Positions 10,855 to 22,887 of a stretch of DNA of 42,777 bases are shown in pieces (the first letter of the stretch is position 1; the number at the start of each line of letters is the position of its first letter). Source of the stretch: Chiloscyllium plagiosum (Eukaryota); assembly GCF_004010195.1 (NCBI RefSeq), contig NW_025215369.1, forward strand, positions 54,377 to 97,153, given 5' to 3'. The position numbers and the translations under genes were made by a program. The notes beneath the pieces were generated by a model. That model did not search any database and had not been told where the DNA came from. It saw nothing but the letters and a program-made list of their open reading frames with translations.

Positions 10855-11765
10855 TTAATTTACTTTCAATTCTGATTTTGTCCCGAGGAAAGTGCAGCCT
10901 CTCAACCTGCACCTGTCGTTACCTGGTAGCCATGGCGATAGCAGATCTATTTGTTATTATCACTGAGGTTATTCTGTGGCAGATTAGCTCTTATTATTTC
11001 CCTGTGTCTTTCTTGGACCTCACCCCTGTGTGCAGTGTTCACAATGTTCTGCTACGCGCAGCAATGGATTGTTCTGTCTGGTTCACAGTCACCTTCTCCT
11101 GTGATCGATTCATTGCCATTTGTTTCCAGAACCTGAAAACGAAATATTGCAACAGGAAAAATGCAACTCTCATCCTCTCAATAACCTGCATTCTGCTCTG
11201 TTTTAAAAATGTCCCCTTCTACTTTATATATGAACCGAAACAGGTCATTGCCAACGTTTCATGGTTCTGCGATCCAAAGGAAAATTATTTTACTGAGCCT
11301 GGATGGGTTGGATTTAATTGGTTTGATTGGATTTTAACGCCCTTGCTTCCATACATTTTAATTCTTTTGCTCAACACTCTGACTGTGAGACACATTTTAG
11401 TGACCAGTCAGATTCGTCAGGGACTGAAGAGTCAGAGAAAAGGAGAGAATCCCAGTGACCCAGAGATGGAGAGCAGAAGAAAGTCTGTGATATTACTTTT
11501 GATTATATCTGGCACCTTCATAATTCTGTAGTAAGTGCATGTTACAGAATTCTTTTATTATAATATTCGAGGAACTTTCCTGAGAAATTACAATAATTCA
11601 GAACTTATATTTGCAATGGCTGGCCTTTCACTGGCAAATTTAAATTGCTGCACAAATACATGTGTTTATGTGGCAACTCAATCGAAGTTCAGACAGCAAG
11701 TCAGGGAGATGATGAAATATCCTGTCACATTCATTATCCAATTAATAAATAAACAGCAGAACTGA
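10855..11765 (+). pseudogene. GPR139-like GPCR main coding exon (copy B) with tandem premature stops in TM6
   Basis: Polypyrimidine tract then GCAG|TTAAT. Reads YLVAMAIADL, FSCDRFIAIC, LTPLLPY, ESRRKSVILL. TAG TAA at 11529-11534, then the same frame continues through TM7 (NCCTNTCVYVATQSKFR) to TGA at 11765. Confidence 0.88.
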
Positions 11766-11859
11766 GAGTAGCGTCGAGGCATGTCCCAGTATTTACTGTC
11801 ATGAATGAAAAACAAAATCAATACAGGTATTGGTGAATAGCTGGAACCCAAACTGTGAT

Positions 11860-12230
11860 CCTTATTGAACCACACTCATCATTACCTTCCACTCCAAAAA
11901 ATACACTTTCTGCTTTCTGTTTGTTAATGAATTCTCAGTCCAGGTCAGTATAATACCCCAATCCCACTTGCTTTGATTTTGCAAAACTAATTTGCTGTCT
12001 GGGACACTACCAAAACATTTCTGAAAACCCAAATGCATTACATCGACTTGATGTTCCTTATCTACTCTGAGTTTATCTTCAAGGAATTCCCATATGTTTG
12101 TAAAACACGATTTCTCTTTCATCAATCCATGTTGACTTTGTGAAATCCTATATCCACATCCTTCAATATGAACTCTTACATTTTCTCAATGACTGAGATT
12201 AAGCCAATCTGCCTAATCTTTGCATCCGAC
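11860..12230 (-). mobile_element. Old CR1 RT fragment
   Basis: KSCFTNIWEFLE..VDVMHLGFQKCFGSVP..WTENSLTNRKQ. Confidence 0.75.
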
Positions 12231-12569
12231 AGGAAAAGCACATCACTAATAAAGGTCATCTTTGCACCTTAATCTACAGAAACAGAAAATGGCACAGTTT
12301 TACAGCTCCAAAATATTTTGGGTCTTTAAAGTTTAAACAAGGGACAGATTGCAATAAAAACATATAATCAAAACACATCGCCTCTCCTCAGTAAGGTAGA
12401 TACTCAAGATAAACACAAATAAGGTTATGTCTCAAAAACTAACCACTTAGCCGTTCATCTGCTGTCAGCACCCTCATACAAACTTCTCTAAGGTCAGCTG
12501 TGAATTTCACTGTTTCTCTTTCTTGGATGAGATTTTGAAACCAAAGAGCAGAAGCAGTTAGCTACCCAG

Positions 12570-15072
12570 CGTCACTACTGGGTCACACAGCTGCGCAGGG
12601 TCACTGCTGAGTCACACAGCTGTGCAGCGTCACTGCAGGGTCACACAGCTGTCTAGGGTCGCTGCTGGGTCACACAGCTGCTCAGCGTCACTGCTTGGCC
12701 AAACAATTGTGCAGGGTCACTGCTGGGTCACACAGCTGTGCAGGGTCACTGCAGGGTCACACAGCTGTCTAGGGTCGCAGCTGGGTCACACAGCTGCTCA
12801 GCATCACTGCTTGGCCACACAATTGTGCAGGGTCACTGATGGGTCACACAGCTGTTCAGGGTCACTACTGGGTCACACAGTTGTGCAGGGTCGCTGCTGG
12901 GTCACACAGCTGTGCAGGTTCACTACTGGTACACACAGCTGTGCAGGGTTACACGGCTGTGCAGGGTCACTGCTTGGTCACACACCTGTATAGGATCACT
13001 GCTTGGTCACATTGCTGTGCAGGGTCACTGCTTGGTCACACAGCTGTACAGGATCACTGCTTGGTCACACAGCTGTGCAGGATCACTGCTTGGTCACACA
13101 GCTGTTCAGGATCACTGCTCGGTCACACAGCTGTGCAGGATCGCTGCTTGGCCACACAGCTGTACAGGATCACGCCTTGGTTACATGGCTGTACAGGATC
13201 ACTGCTGGGTCACATGGCTTCGCAGGGTCACTGCTGGGTCACACAGCTATGCAGGGTCACTGCTTGGTCACATGGCTGTGCAGGGGTCACTGCTTGGTCA
13301 CATGGCTGTACAGGATCACTGCTGGGTGTCATGGCTGTGCAGGGTGACTGCTGGGTCACAGCTATACAGCATCACTGCTTGGTCACATGGCTGTGCAGGG
13401 CCACTGCTTGGTCACATGGCTGTGTAGGGTCACTGCTTGGTCACATGACTGTACAGGATCACTGTTTGGTCACAGCTGTTCAGGATCACTGCTGGGTCAC
13501 ATGTCTGTGCAGGGTCACTGCTTGGTCACATGTCTGTGCAGGGTCACTGCTGGGTCACTCAGCTGTACAGGATCACTGCTTGGTCACATGGCTGTGAAGG
13601 GTCACTGCTTGGTCACATGGCTGTGTAGAGTCACTGATTGGTTACACAGCTGTAACAGGATCACTGCTTGGCCACGCAGCTGTACAGGGTCACTGCTTGG
13701 TCAGATGGCTGCACAGGATCACTGCTGGGTCACATAGCTGTGCCGGGTCATTGCTGGGTCACACAGCTGTATAGGATCACTGCTGGATCACATGGCTGTG
13801 CAGGGTCACTGCTTGGTCACATGGCTGTGCAGGGTCACTGCTTGGTTACATGACTGTACATGATCACTGCTTGGTCACACAGCTATACAGGATCACTGCC
13901 AGATCACACAGCTGTACAGGGTTACACGGCTGTGTAGGGTCACTGCTTGGTCACACAGCTGTCCAGGATCACTGCTGGGTCACAAGATTGTGCAGGATCA
14001 CTGCTTGGTCACAGCTGTACAGGGTCACTGCTTGGTCACAGCTGTGCAGGATCACTCCTTGGTCACACAGCTGTGCAGGATCGCTGCTTGTTCACATGGC
14101 TGTGCAGGGTCTCTGCCGAGTCACATAGCTGTACAGGATCACTGCTTGGTCACACAGCTGTACAGGGTCACTGCTTGGTCACAGCTGTGCAGGATCACTG
14201 CTTGGTCACAGCTGTACAGGGTCACTGCTTGGTCACAGCTGTGCAGGATCACTCCTTGGTCACACAGCTGTGCAGGATCGCTGCTTGTTCACATGGCTGT
14301 GCAGGGTCACTGCCGAGTCACATAGCTGTACAGGATCACTGCTTGGTCATATGGTTGTGCAGGGTTACTGCTGGGCCACATGGCTGTGCAGGGTCTCTGC
14401 TTGGTCACACAGCTGTACAGGATCGTTGCTTGTTCACATGGCTGTGCAGGGTCACTGCTGGGTCGCATAGCTGTACAGGATCACTGCTTGGTCATATAGC
14501 TGTGCAGGGTTACTGCTGGGTCACATGGCTGTGCAGGGTAAGTGCTTGGTCACACAGCTGAGCGGGGTCACTGCTGGGTCACACAGCTTTGCAGGATCAC
14601 TGCTTGGTCACACAGCTGTACAGGATCGCTGCTTGTTCACATGGCTGTGCAGGGTCACTGCTGGGTCGCATAGCTGTACACGATCACTGCTTGGTCATAT
14701 AGCTTTGCAGGGTTACTGCTGGGTCACATGGCTGTGCAGGGTAAATGCTTGGTCACATGGCTGTGCAGGGTCACTGCTGGGCACCACAGCTGTGCAGGGT
14801 CACTGCTGGGTCACATGGTTGTACAGGATCACTGCTTGGTCACACAGCTGTGGAGGGTCACTGCCAGATTACACAGATGTGCAGTTTTACACGGCTATGC
14901 AGGGTCACTGCTCGGTCACACAGCTGTGCAGGCTCTCTGTACGGTCATACAGCTGTGCAGGGTCACTGCTAGGTCACACAGCTGTGCAGGTTCTCTGCTG
15001 GGTCACTCAACTTTGCACGTTCAATGTTCTGTCGGACAGCTATGTAGGTTATGTCAGACAGACTGCTGGGTA
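12570..15072 (+). repeat. Minisatellite, 29-bp unit GGTCACACAGCTGTGCAGGGTCACTGCT(T/G), roughly 85 units, with 27-bp and shorter variants
   Basis: Directly visible periodicity. Higher-order duplications with offsets of 116, 197 and 203 bp. Confidence 0.97.
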
Positions 15073-16664
15073 AATTGTTTTGTTTGCTCCATTAAAAAGC
15101 TTAATCAAGATTGTGAGACACTATTTTCCTCACACAAAATCATGCTCACTATTCATAATCAATCCTTGAATCTCCAAATATACACGAATCCCATCCTTCA
15201 GAATAATTTCCAACAACCAACAACTCACCAGTCTATATTTCCCAGCCTACTTGTTACATCCCTTTATAAACTATGGCATAATGTTAGCCAGCTTCTAGTC
15301 TTCTGGTTCTTGGTCCATGTTTATAAATGATACATATATTTCTGCTCATGCCCTTGCAATTTCCTTCATAACTTCCCACAGCGTCCTGGGACACATCTGA
15401 TCAACTCCTGGAGCTTCATCTACCTTTATGTTTTCTAAGACCTCCAGCACTACCTCTTCTGTGATATGTACTGTTCTCAAAACTTCAATATCTATTTACC
15501 TGGGTACTTTTGCCTCCATTTCTTTCTCAACAGTGAAAAGTGTTATTCATTTAAGTGAATTATTCATTTAATGTCTCTCCCATCTCCTGAGGTTCAACAC
15601 AAAATTGAATTGTTGATCTTTAAGAGTTCCTGCTCTCGCTCTAGTTGCTCTCGTGTGATTAATGTATTTGTAAGATAATTTTCAATTACATTTATCCTGT
15701 TTTACCAAGGCTATATTATATTTCCTCCTTACCTTCCTAATTTGCTTCTTAAGAATGCCCCTATATGCTTTTACTCTTCAAGAGATTCAGGTAATCCCAA
15801 TTGTCTAATGCATAATGATATTTTATTCTTGACTAGAAATTTAACACCTTCCTTCATCCATTGTTCCCTAACCTTACCAGCCTTGCCTTTTGAAGCCCTC
15901 CTACTTGTCAGTCATCTCCTTACTTGCAGTCTTCTCAAATCAACTTTTGAAAGTTCTTGTTTCATATCCTTAAAATTTGTCTTACTTCAATTTGGAACTT
16001 CAACTTACATGGAAAACGTATGCTTTTTCCATAACTATATTGCAAATAATAGTATTCTGATCACCAGTCACAAAGTGTTCCCAGACTAACACTGCAGTCA
16101 CTTGCCTTGTGTCTCGTAGGATCATTCACATAGTGAAAAAGAAAGATTTCCTGAATGCATTCAACAAATTCTTCACCATCAAACTTTAACACTATAACTG
16201 TTCCAGTCAACGTTTAGAAATTTAAAATCCCATACTATTATGGCCTTATTGTTACACATATTTAAGATCTCTATATGTTTATTTCTCAAATTTCCCTCTG
16301 ACTATTGGAGAGCCTATAATACAATCCCATCAAGGTTATCATTCCATTCTTATTTATAGTTCCAGCCCACACATTTTATCTAAATTATCTCTCAGAAATA
16401 TCTTCCTGAATTACAGTAGTAATGCTTTCCATAATCAAAAAATATCACACCCGTTCTCTCTTGCTTCTCTTTCTATCATTCAGATAACACCTAAAACCCA
16501 GAACATTGAGCTGCCAGTACAGCCCTTTTCTCAGCCCAAGTTTCTGTAATAGCTGCACCATCCCAGTCCCATGTTCCCATACAGACCCTCATTTCATCAG
16601 CCTTACTTGCAAGACCTTTTGCATAGAGTTAAATGTAGTTTGGTTTTTTCAGAACCATCCTCAT

Positions 16665-18004
16665 AGAGCCATCGATTTCTCCAGCATGGAGACAGGTCTT
16701 TTGGCCGACATTGGTCCATGCCGACCGAAATGTCCAACCAGGGTAACTCCATTTCCATGCACTTGGCCCATACACTTCTAAACCTTTTCTATCCGTGTAT
16801 TTGTCCAAATGCCTTTTGAATGTTGTTAATGTACCCACTTCAACCACTTTCTCTGGCAGGACATTCCATATGCATCACTCCCTTTGTTAAAAAAAAACCT
16901 GGTCCTCAGGTTCCCTTTTGTTCTCCCTGTTTAACCTTAAATTGATGTCCTCGCGTCCTCGATTCCCCAACCATGGGAAAAAGACTGAGTGCATTCATCC
17001 TATCCATGGCTTTCATGATCTTGTAGACTTCTATATGATCCACCCTCATTCTCCTAAACACTAAAGAAACAAGTCCTAGCTTGTCCAAACTCTCCTTATA
17101 ACTCAGTCCCGAGAGTCCTGGCAACATCCTTGTAAATTTCTTCTGCACTCTTTCCAGTTTAATAACGTCCTTCCTCCAGCAATGTAACTAAAACTGATCA
17201 CAATACTCCAAGTGCGGCTTCACCAAAGTCCTGTTTAACTGCAACATAACTTCCCAACTTCTATACTCAATGCTCTGACTGATGAAGACCAGTGTGCCAA
17301 AAAGCCTTTTTCACTGGCCTTTCGACCTTTCACTCCACTTTCTGAGAACCTTGCACCTGAACTCCAAGGTCCCGTTGTTCCACTACACTTCTTAAGGAGC
17401 TACCATTGATGAAATGCCTACCTTGATGTGACTTTACAAAATCCAATACCTCACACTTATTTATATTAAATTGCATCTGCCATTTCTCAATCCATTTCCC
17501 CAACAGATCAAGATCCTGCTGCATTGTTTGATGAACTTCCTCACTGTCCATGATAGCGCTTAATTTACTGTCATCTGCAAACTTACTAATCATGCCTTGT
17601 ACATTCTCATCCAAATAACTGATATTGAAAATAAACAGCAATGGGCCCAGCACTGACCGCTGAGGCACTCCACTAGTCACAGGCCTCCAGTCTGGAAAGC
17701 ATCCTTCCACTATTACACTCTGATTCCTACTATCAAGCCAATTTTGTATCCAATTTGCCAGGTCCCTTCGATTCCATGCGATCTATTCTTCCAGAGCAGC
17801 CCACCATGTGAAACCTTATCCAATGCCTCACTGAAATCCATATAGACTACGTCTACTGCCCTGCCCTCATCAACCATCCTGGTTACTTCACCAAAGAACT
17901 CTAACAAATTTGTTCTGCATGATATCACTCACAAAAAGCCTGACTGACTACTCCGAATTAACCCCTGTCTTTCCAAATGCATGGATGTTTTATCCCTCAG
18001 AATC
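16665..18004 (-). mobile_element. 5'-truncated HER1/CR1 LINE nested in the older CR1
   Basis: SGVPQRSVLGPLLF..SKFADDSKL, VYMDFSEALDKV and the 3' tail at the left end. Possible TSD cctcat at 16659-16664 and 18005-18010. Confidence 0.9.
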
Positions 18005-18308
18005 CCTCATTTCTCTTTTTATTTTCACTGTTACTTTGGATGCTCCCCTCCAAAAAAAAAACAGTTTATAGGCTCTCAAAATAGAACTAACAAATCTCCC
18101 CATCAGAACATTGGTCCCATTCCAGTTCAGGTGAAACCTATCCTTCTTTGAACAGGCCTTTTCTGTCCCAGAAAATATCCCAATGATCCAAGAAGCTGAA
18201 TCTCTGCGCACTGCACAACCTCTTCAGCCAATGATTTATCTGAGTCTAGATTAGAGTGGCGCTGGAAAAGCACAGCAGTTCAGGCAGCTTCCGAGGAGCA
18301 GAAAAATG

Positions 18309-18336
18309 GACGTTTCGGGCAAAAGCCCTACATCAG
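18309..18336 (-). ncRNA. Minimal hammerhead motif (A9 changed to U)
   Basis: Minus strand CUGAUGU-A-GGGC-UUUU-GCCC-GAAA-CGUC. Confidence 0.6.
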
Positions 18337-19047
18337 GCACAGAGGCAGGGTGCCTGCAGAGTGGAGAGATAAATGAGACGGTGGTGGGGTTGGGGAGAAA
18401 GTAGCATAGAGTAGAATAGTTGAGTCGGGGTGGGGATGGAGGCGATAGGTCAGAGAGGAGGGTGGGGAAGGTAGCAAAGAGTAATTGCAAAACCTGCACC
18501 CACACCTCCTCCCTCATCTCCATCCAAGGCTCCAAGGGAGACTTCCACATCCAAAGATTTACCTGCACATCCACCAATATCATTTATTGCATCCGTTGTT
18601 CCCGATGCGGTCTCCTCTACATTGGGGAGACTGGACGCCTCCTAGCAGAGCGCTTTTGAGAACATCTCCGGGACAGCCGCATTAATCAATCCCACCGCTC
18701 TCTGGCCCAACATTTCAACTCGCTCTCCCACTCTGCCGAGGACATGCAGGTCTTCTGCCTCCTTCACCGCCATTTCCTCACCAACTGACGCCTGGAGGAA
18801 GAAGGCCTCATCTTCCACCTCGGAACACTTCAACCCCATGGCATCAATGTGGATTTCACCAGTTTCCTCATTTCCACTTCCTCCACTTCACCCCAGCTCC
18901 AACCTTCCAGCTCAGCACCACCCTCATGACCTGTCCTACCTGCCTATCATCCTTCCCACCTAACCACTCCACCTCCTCTCGGACCGATCACATTCATCCC
19001 CACCCCCATTCACCCATTGTACTCTTTGCTACCTTCCCATACCCTCC

Positions 19048-19613
19048 NNNNNNNNNNNNNNNNNNNNNNNNNNNNNNNNNNNNNNNNNNNNNNNNNNNNN
19101 NNNNNNNNNNNNNNNNNNNNNNNNNNNNNNNNNNNNNNNNNNNNNNNNNNNNNNNNNNNNNNNNNNNNNNNNNNNNNNNNNNNNNNNNNNNNNNNNNNNN
19201 NNNNNNNNNNNNNNNNNNNNNNNNNNNNNNNNNNNNNNNNNNNNNNNNNNNNNNNNNNNNNNNNNNNNNNNNNNNNNNNNNNNNNNNNNNNNNNNNNNNN
19301 NNNNNNNNNNNNNNNNNNNNNNNNNNNNNNNNNNNNNNNNNNNNNNNNNNNNNNNNNNNNNNNNNNNNNNNNNNNNNNNNNNNNNNNNNNNNNNNNNNNN
19401 NNNNNNNNNNNNNNNNNNNNNNNNNNNNNNNNNNNNNNNNNNNNNNNNNNNNNNNNNNNNNNNNNNNNNNNNNNNNNNNNNNNNNNNNNNNNNNNNNNNN
19501 NNNNNNNNNNNNNNNNNNNNNNNNNNNNNNNNNNNNNNNNNNNNNNNNNNNNNNNNNNNNNNNNNNNNNNNNNNNNNNNNNNNNNNNNNNNNNNNNNNNN
19601 NNNNNNNNNNNNN
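19048..19613. other. Assembly gap
   Basis: Run of N. Confidence 1.
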
Positions 19614-19761
19614 CTCTTCCACCTATCCACTCCACCCTCTCCTCCCTGACCTATCACCTTCATCTCCTACCCCACTAATCTATTGTACTCTGTGCTACTT
19701 TCTCCCCAACTCCACCCACTCTCACTTATCTCTCCACTCTTCAGGGACCCTGCCTCTATTC

Positions 19762-19789
19762 CTGATGAAGGGCTTTTGCCCGAAATGTC
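19762..19789 (+). ncRNA. Minimal hammerhead ribozyme motif
   Basis: CUGAUGA-A-GGGC-UUUU-GCCC-GAAA-UGUC: both core boxes and a 4-bp GC stem II. Confidence 0.75.
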
Positions 19790-20530
19790 GATTTTCCGGA
19801 TCCTTTGATGCTGCCTGACCTGCTGTACTTTTCCAGCAAAACTCTAATCTAGACTCTGCTTTCCAGCAGCTGCAGTCCTTGGTTTGACCTGATTGATTTA
19901 TCTGCCACACCCTTCTCTCATTTGATCTTTTGCACTGGAAGTTAACAAGATTACTACTTTTGATGTTCTGCCTTTTAACCTTCTACCTAACCTCTTGTAC
20001 TCATTCTGCAGAGCCTTAAACCTTTCCCTGACTATGTCATTTTTGCCAATGTGTACAATCATTTCTATCTTCTCACCCTCCCCTTTGACAATTTTGAAGC
20101 GTCCTTCACCCTGGCACCAGAAAAACAACATACTCTACTAAATTCACACTTACTGCTACAGAATCTCCTCTCTAAGCCCCTGGTAGCAGTGTTTCCTGTC
20201 ACAATTATTCTTTTAAAACTTGACATACCGTTTACCATAAGATTCATTCTTAGCGCCCAAGATCTGAATAACACCTTTACTTTCTCTAAGAGACTATCTC
20301 TTTCAACAGTACACAAAACGGAATATCTGTTTGAGAGAGAAATAGCTGCAGGAGACTCCTGAACCACCCTCTTCCCTTTCCTGACGGTCAATCATCCATC
20401 TGACTGATCCTGCTGTGTAACCATGTCTCTAAAGCTCCTCGTCATCCCACTCAGTGTCTCCTGTATGTCTTCAATGACATTTAATCGAAAATGAAGAAGT
20501 TTTCAATAGCACCTTATAAATATCAATAAA

Positions 20531-20845
20531 GTGGCACGGTGGCTCAGTAGTTAGCAGTGCTGCCTCACAGCACCAGGGTCGCAGGTTCGATTTTAATCAC
20601 AGGCGACTGATTGTGTGGAGTTTACACATTTTCCCAGTATCTGCGTGGGTTTCCTCCGGGCGCTCTGGTTTTTTCACACAACCCAAAAATGTACAGGTTA
20701 TGTGAATTGGCCTTGCTAAATTGCCCATGGTGTAAGTGCATTAGTTAAAGGGAAAAGGGGTTTGGGTGGATTACTCTTCGGTGGGTCGGTGTGGACTTGG
20801 TGGGCCGAGGGGCCTGGTTCCACACTATAGGCAATCTAATCTAAT
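20531..20845 (+). mobile_element. HE1 SINE
   Basis: gtggctcagtagttagc A box, ggttcgatt B box, tctgcgtgggtttcctccgg V-domain, aatctaatct tail. Confidence 0.9.
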
Positions 20846-21009
20846 TAAACTGAACAGATGAAAGAAAATGAATCCTCAAATAACCCAACATTCAGCTTTT
20901 GACTTCAGGAATTCTCCGGAGTCGTTTTCGTGTAGTCCTCTCCACAAGCTCGGTATATGAACATATCGTCCTTCTCCGCACATTTGTTCATCTAATTTTA
21001 CTTCTGTTA

Positions 21010-21190
21010 AAGCTTACTAACCATTGATGACAGACTCACTGGTCTATAGTTCCCTGGCCTTTTCTTTACTAACTTGCATAAATAATGGAATCACATCAGC
21101 CACCTTCCAGTCTCTGGCTCCCCAATTATGGCGGTTGATGATACAATTATCTCAACAATGGGCCCAGCAATTTCTATTCTGGCTTCTTCG
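21010..21190 (-). mobile_element. CR1 RT fragment
   Basis: Minus-strand DWKVADVIPLF..PGNYRPVSL-like sequence. Confidence 0.6.
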
Positions 21191-21649
21191 CAGTCTGCCA
21201 TTTTTGAAGATCAGAGAAGTCTTTAATGCTGGACTCTATGATGTGGTCCACAAACAGCATGGCATCCCATCCACTCCCAATCTACATCACGGAGACCATG
21301 AGCAGTGGTATATGGGAGTATCTAGACAAACCACAAACCCTGGAGAATCCTTTCAGAATAACACTCTCAGAAGCAATGATCCAATGACTTGTAATTGACT
21401 ACATGGGATGTGACCAGCCATAACTCTCCCGTGGTATGCGAGAGCATGCTATGCTTGAGGAAAAGGATCATCAAACCTGTCCACAAGAGGAAGGGGGAAG
21501 GAGAGGGGAATGACCCCACTGTGTCCCTATCACTGAGCCCTGAGAACATCAGACTGACCCCACTGTGTCTTTGTCACTGACCTAGGGGAGACCACACTGA
21601 TCCTGTGTCTCTCACTGACCCAGTCACTATTGCCCTGGAGGGTCACTCT

Positions 21650-21785
21650 CTCACTGTGGGGAGTTTAACTTGGAGGCCCCCACAGGTTTGGGAAGGCAGG
21701 ACCTTCGGGTGACCTCGGCTGGTATGTGTAACACAGCCCCTGCTGTTAGCTCTGTATCACAAAGCAGCCATCCAGCTAACTGAGA
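21650..21785 (-). mobile_element. tRNA-derived SINE (family of 40688-40830)
   Basis: Minus strand tcagttagctggatggctgctttgtgatacagag..ccagccgaggtcac..gttaaactcccca. Confidence 0.55.
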
Positions 21786-22887
21786 ATCAGAGAATCTCTG
21801 CAGTGCAGATGGAGACCACTTGGCCCATTGGCTCTGCACTGCTCCTCCACAGATCATCCCACCTAAACCCATATCCCTAACCTGTTCCTGTAACCTGCAT
21901 TTCCCGTGACCAATCGACTCCAGCACGCACCTCCCTGGACACTATGGTCAATCATGTGAAATGTTGTCAACCTTCTGTGGTTCCTAACAGTTATACTTGT
22001 CCTGTATTATAGCAGTGAAGTAATTCATATTGCTATTTCAGGGTAGGGTGTTGCCTTGTTACAGGATTGTGAAAGGAGAATCGAGGACAAAGTGGGAGAT
22101 TTCTGTTTAAAAAAGACTTGTTTCCTTCATTCAGACAGTCGCTGCTGATTCCTCCTCTTGCCACCAGAGGGAGCCGCACTGCCTCCCCTAACAGCCCACT
22201 TCCTCCTTGTCAGTCCTTCTCTGTCAGGGAACCTTCTTCCTCCACTTGGTCACCACCCACCGGCCTTGTACCCGCCCTAAACTTCTTGATTGCAGAGTGC
22301 AGACGTGACATCAGCCACCTCAATTTCTCCACACCCCTCACCCACTCCAACCTCATCCCCTCCGAACGTGCAGCACTCCGCTCTCTCTGCACCAAACCCC
22401 GGTTCACCATCAAACCTGCTGACAAAGGCGGGGCGGTGTTAGTCTGGAGAATGGTGCCCTATGTCGCAGAGGCCAAATGCCAATGCTCTCATACTACGTC
22501 CTAACTCTCCTTTTCCCACTACCCCAACATGACCCATCAGGCCAAAATCACCCGCACTGTCCCTGCTGTCATTGCCTCAAGTGATCTTCCCTCCACTGCC
22601 TCCAAATTCATAGTCCCCCAGCCCCATACTTCGTGTTTCTACCTGTTCCCCAGGATCTACAAGCCTAACTATCCCGGCCGAACCTTTGTCTCGGCATGCT
22701 CCTGCCCCACCGAACTCATCTCATCCTACCTCAACTCCATCCTCTACCCTTTGGTTCAGGAACTTCCCAGCTACACCACAGCCTCCACCTGTTCAGTAAC
22801 TTCCAGTTCCACATCCCCTTCACTTGCAGACCTTATACACATCCATACCCAACAAGATGGCTCCCAGGTCTTCTGCTTCTTCCTCTC

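Larger units (their letters stand above)
18243..19893 (+). mobile_element. Neptune-like PLE: inverted terminal repeat, GIY-YIG endonuclease, direct terminal repeat; 11-bp TSD
   Basis: TSD tgatttatctg at 18232-18242 and 19894-19904. CKTC..NIIYCIRCSRCGLLYIGETGRLLAERF..QPHGINVDF. 18243-18484 is inverted to about 19614-19856. Confidence 0.92.
15075..20470 (-). mobile_element. Older CR1 LINE (ORF1 esterase, endonuclease, RT N-terminus) hosting two nested insertions
   Basis: SGNH-like ORF1 pieces IIVTGNTATRG..CCFSGARV..VHIGKNDI (19905-20391) and LDHW..DRFHLNWNG (18010-18240). Decayed EN/RT sequence at 15075-16660. Confidence 0.75.

Noticed and set aside
12570..15072. CRISPR array, or Cys/His-rich protein ORFs (up to 252 aa)
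   Set aside because: Units are contiguous with no unique spacers and no cas genes, in vertebrate DNA. The 29-bp unit has no plus-strand stop, so all three frames yield the same cycling peptide, which is a repeat artefact.
18926..19678. ORFs of ~200-250 aa
   Set aside because: They span the N gap.
21190..21640. Possible additional element with a short actgaccc repeat at 21530-21630
   Set aside because: No motif I could assign; too short and degenerate.
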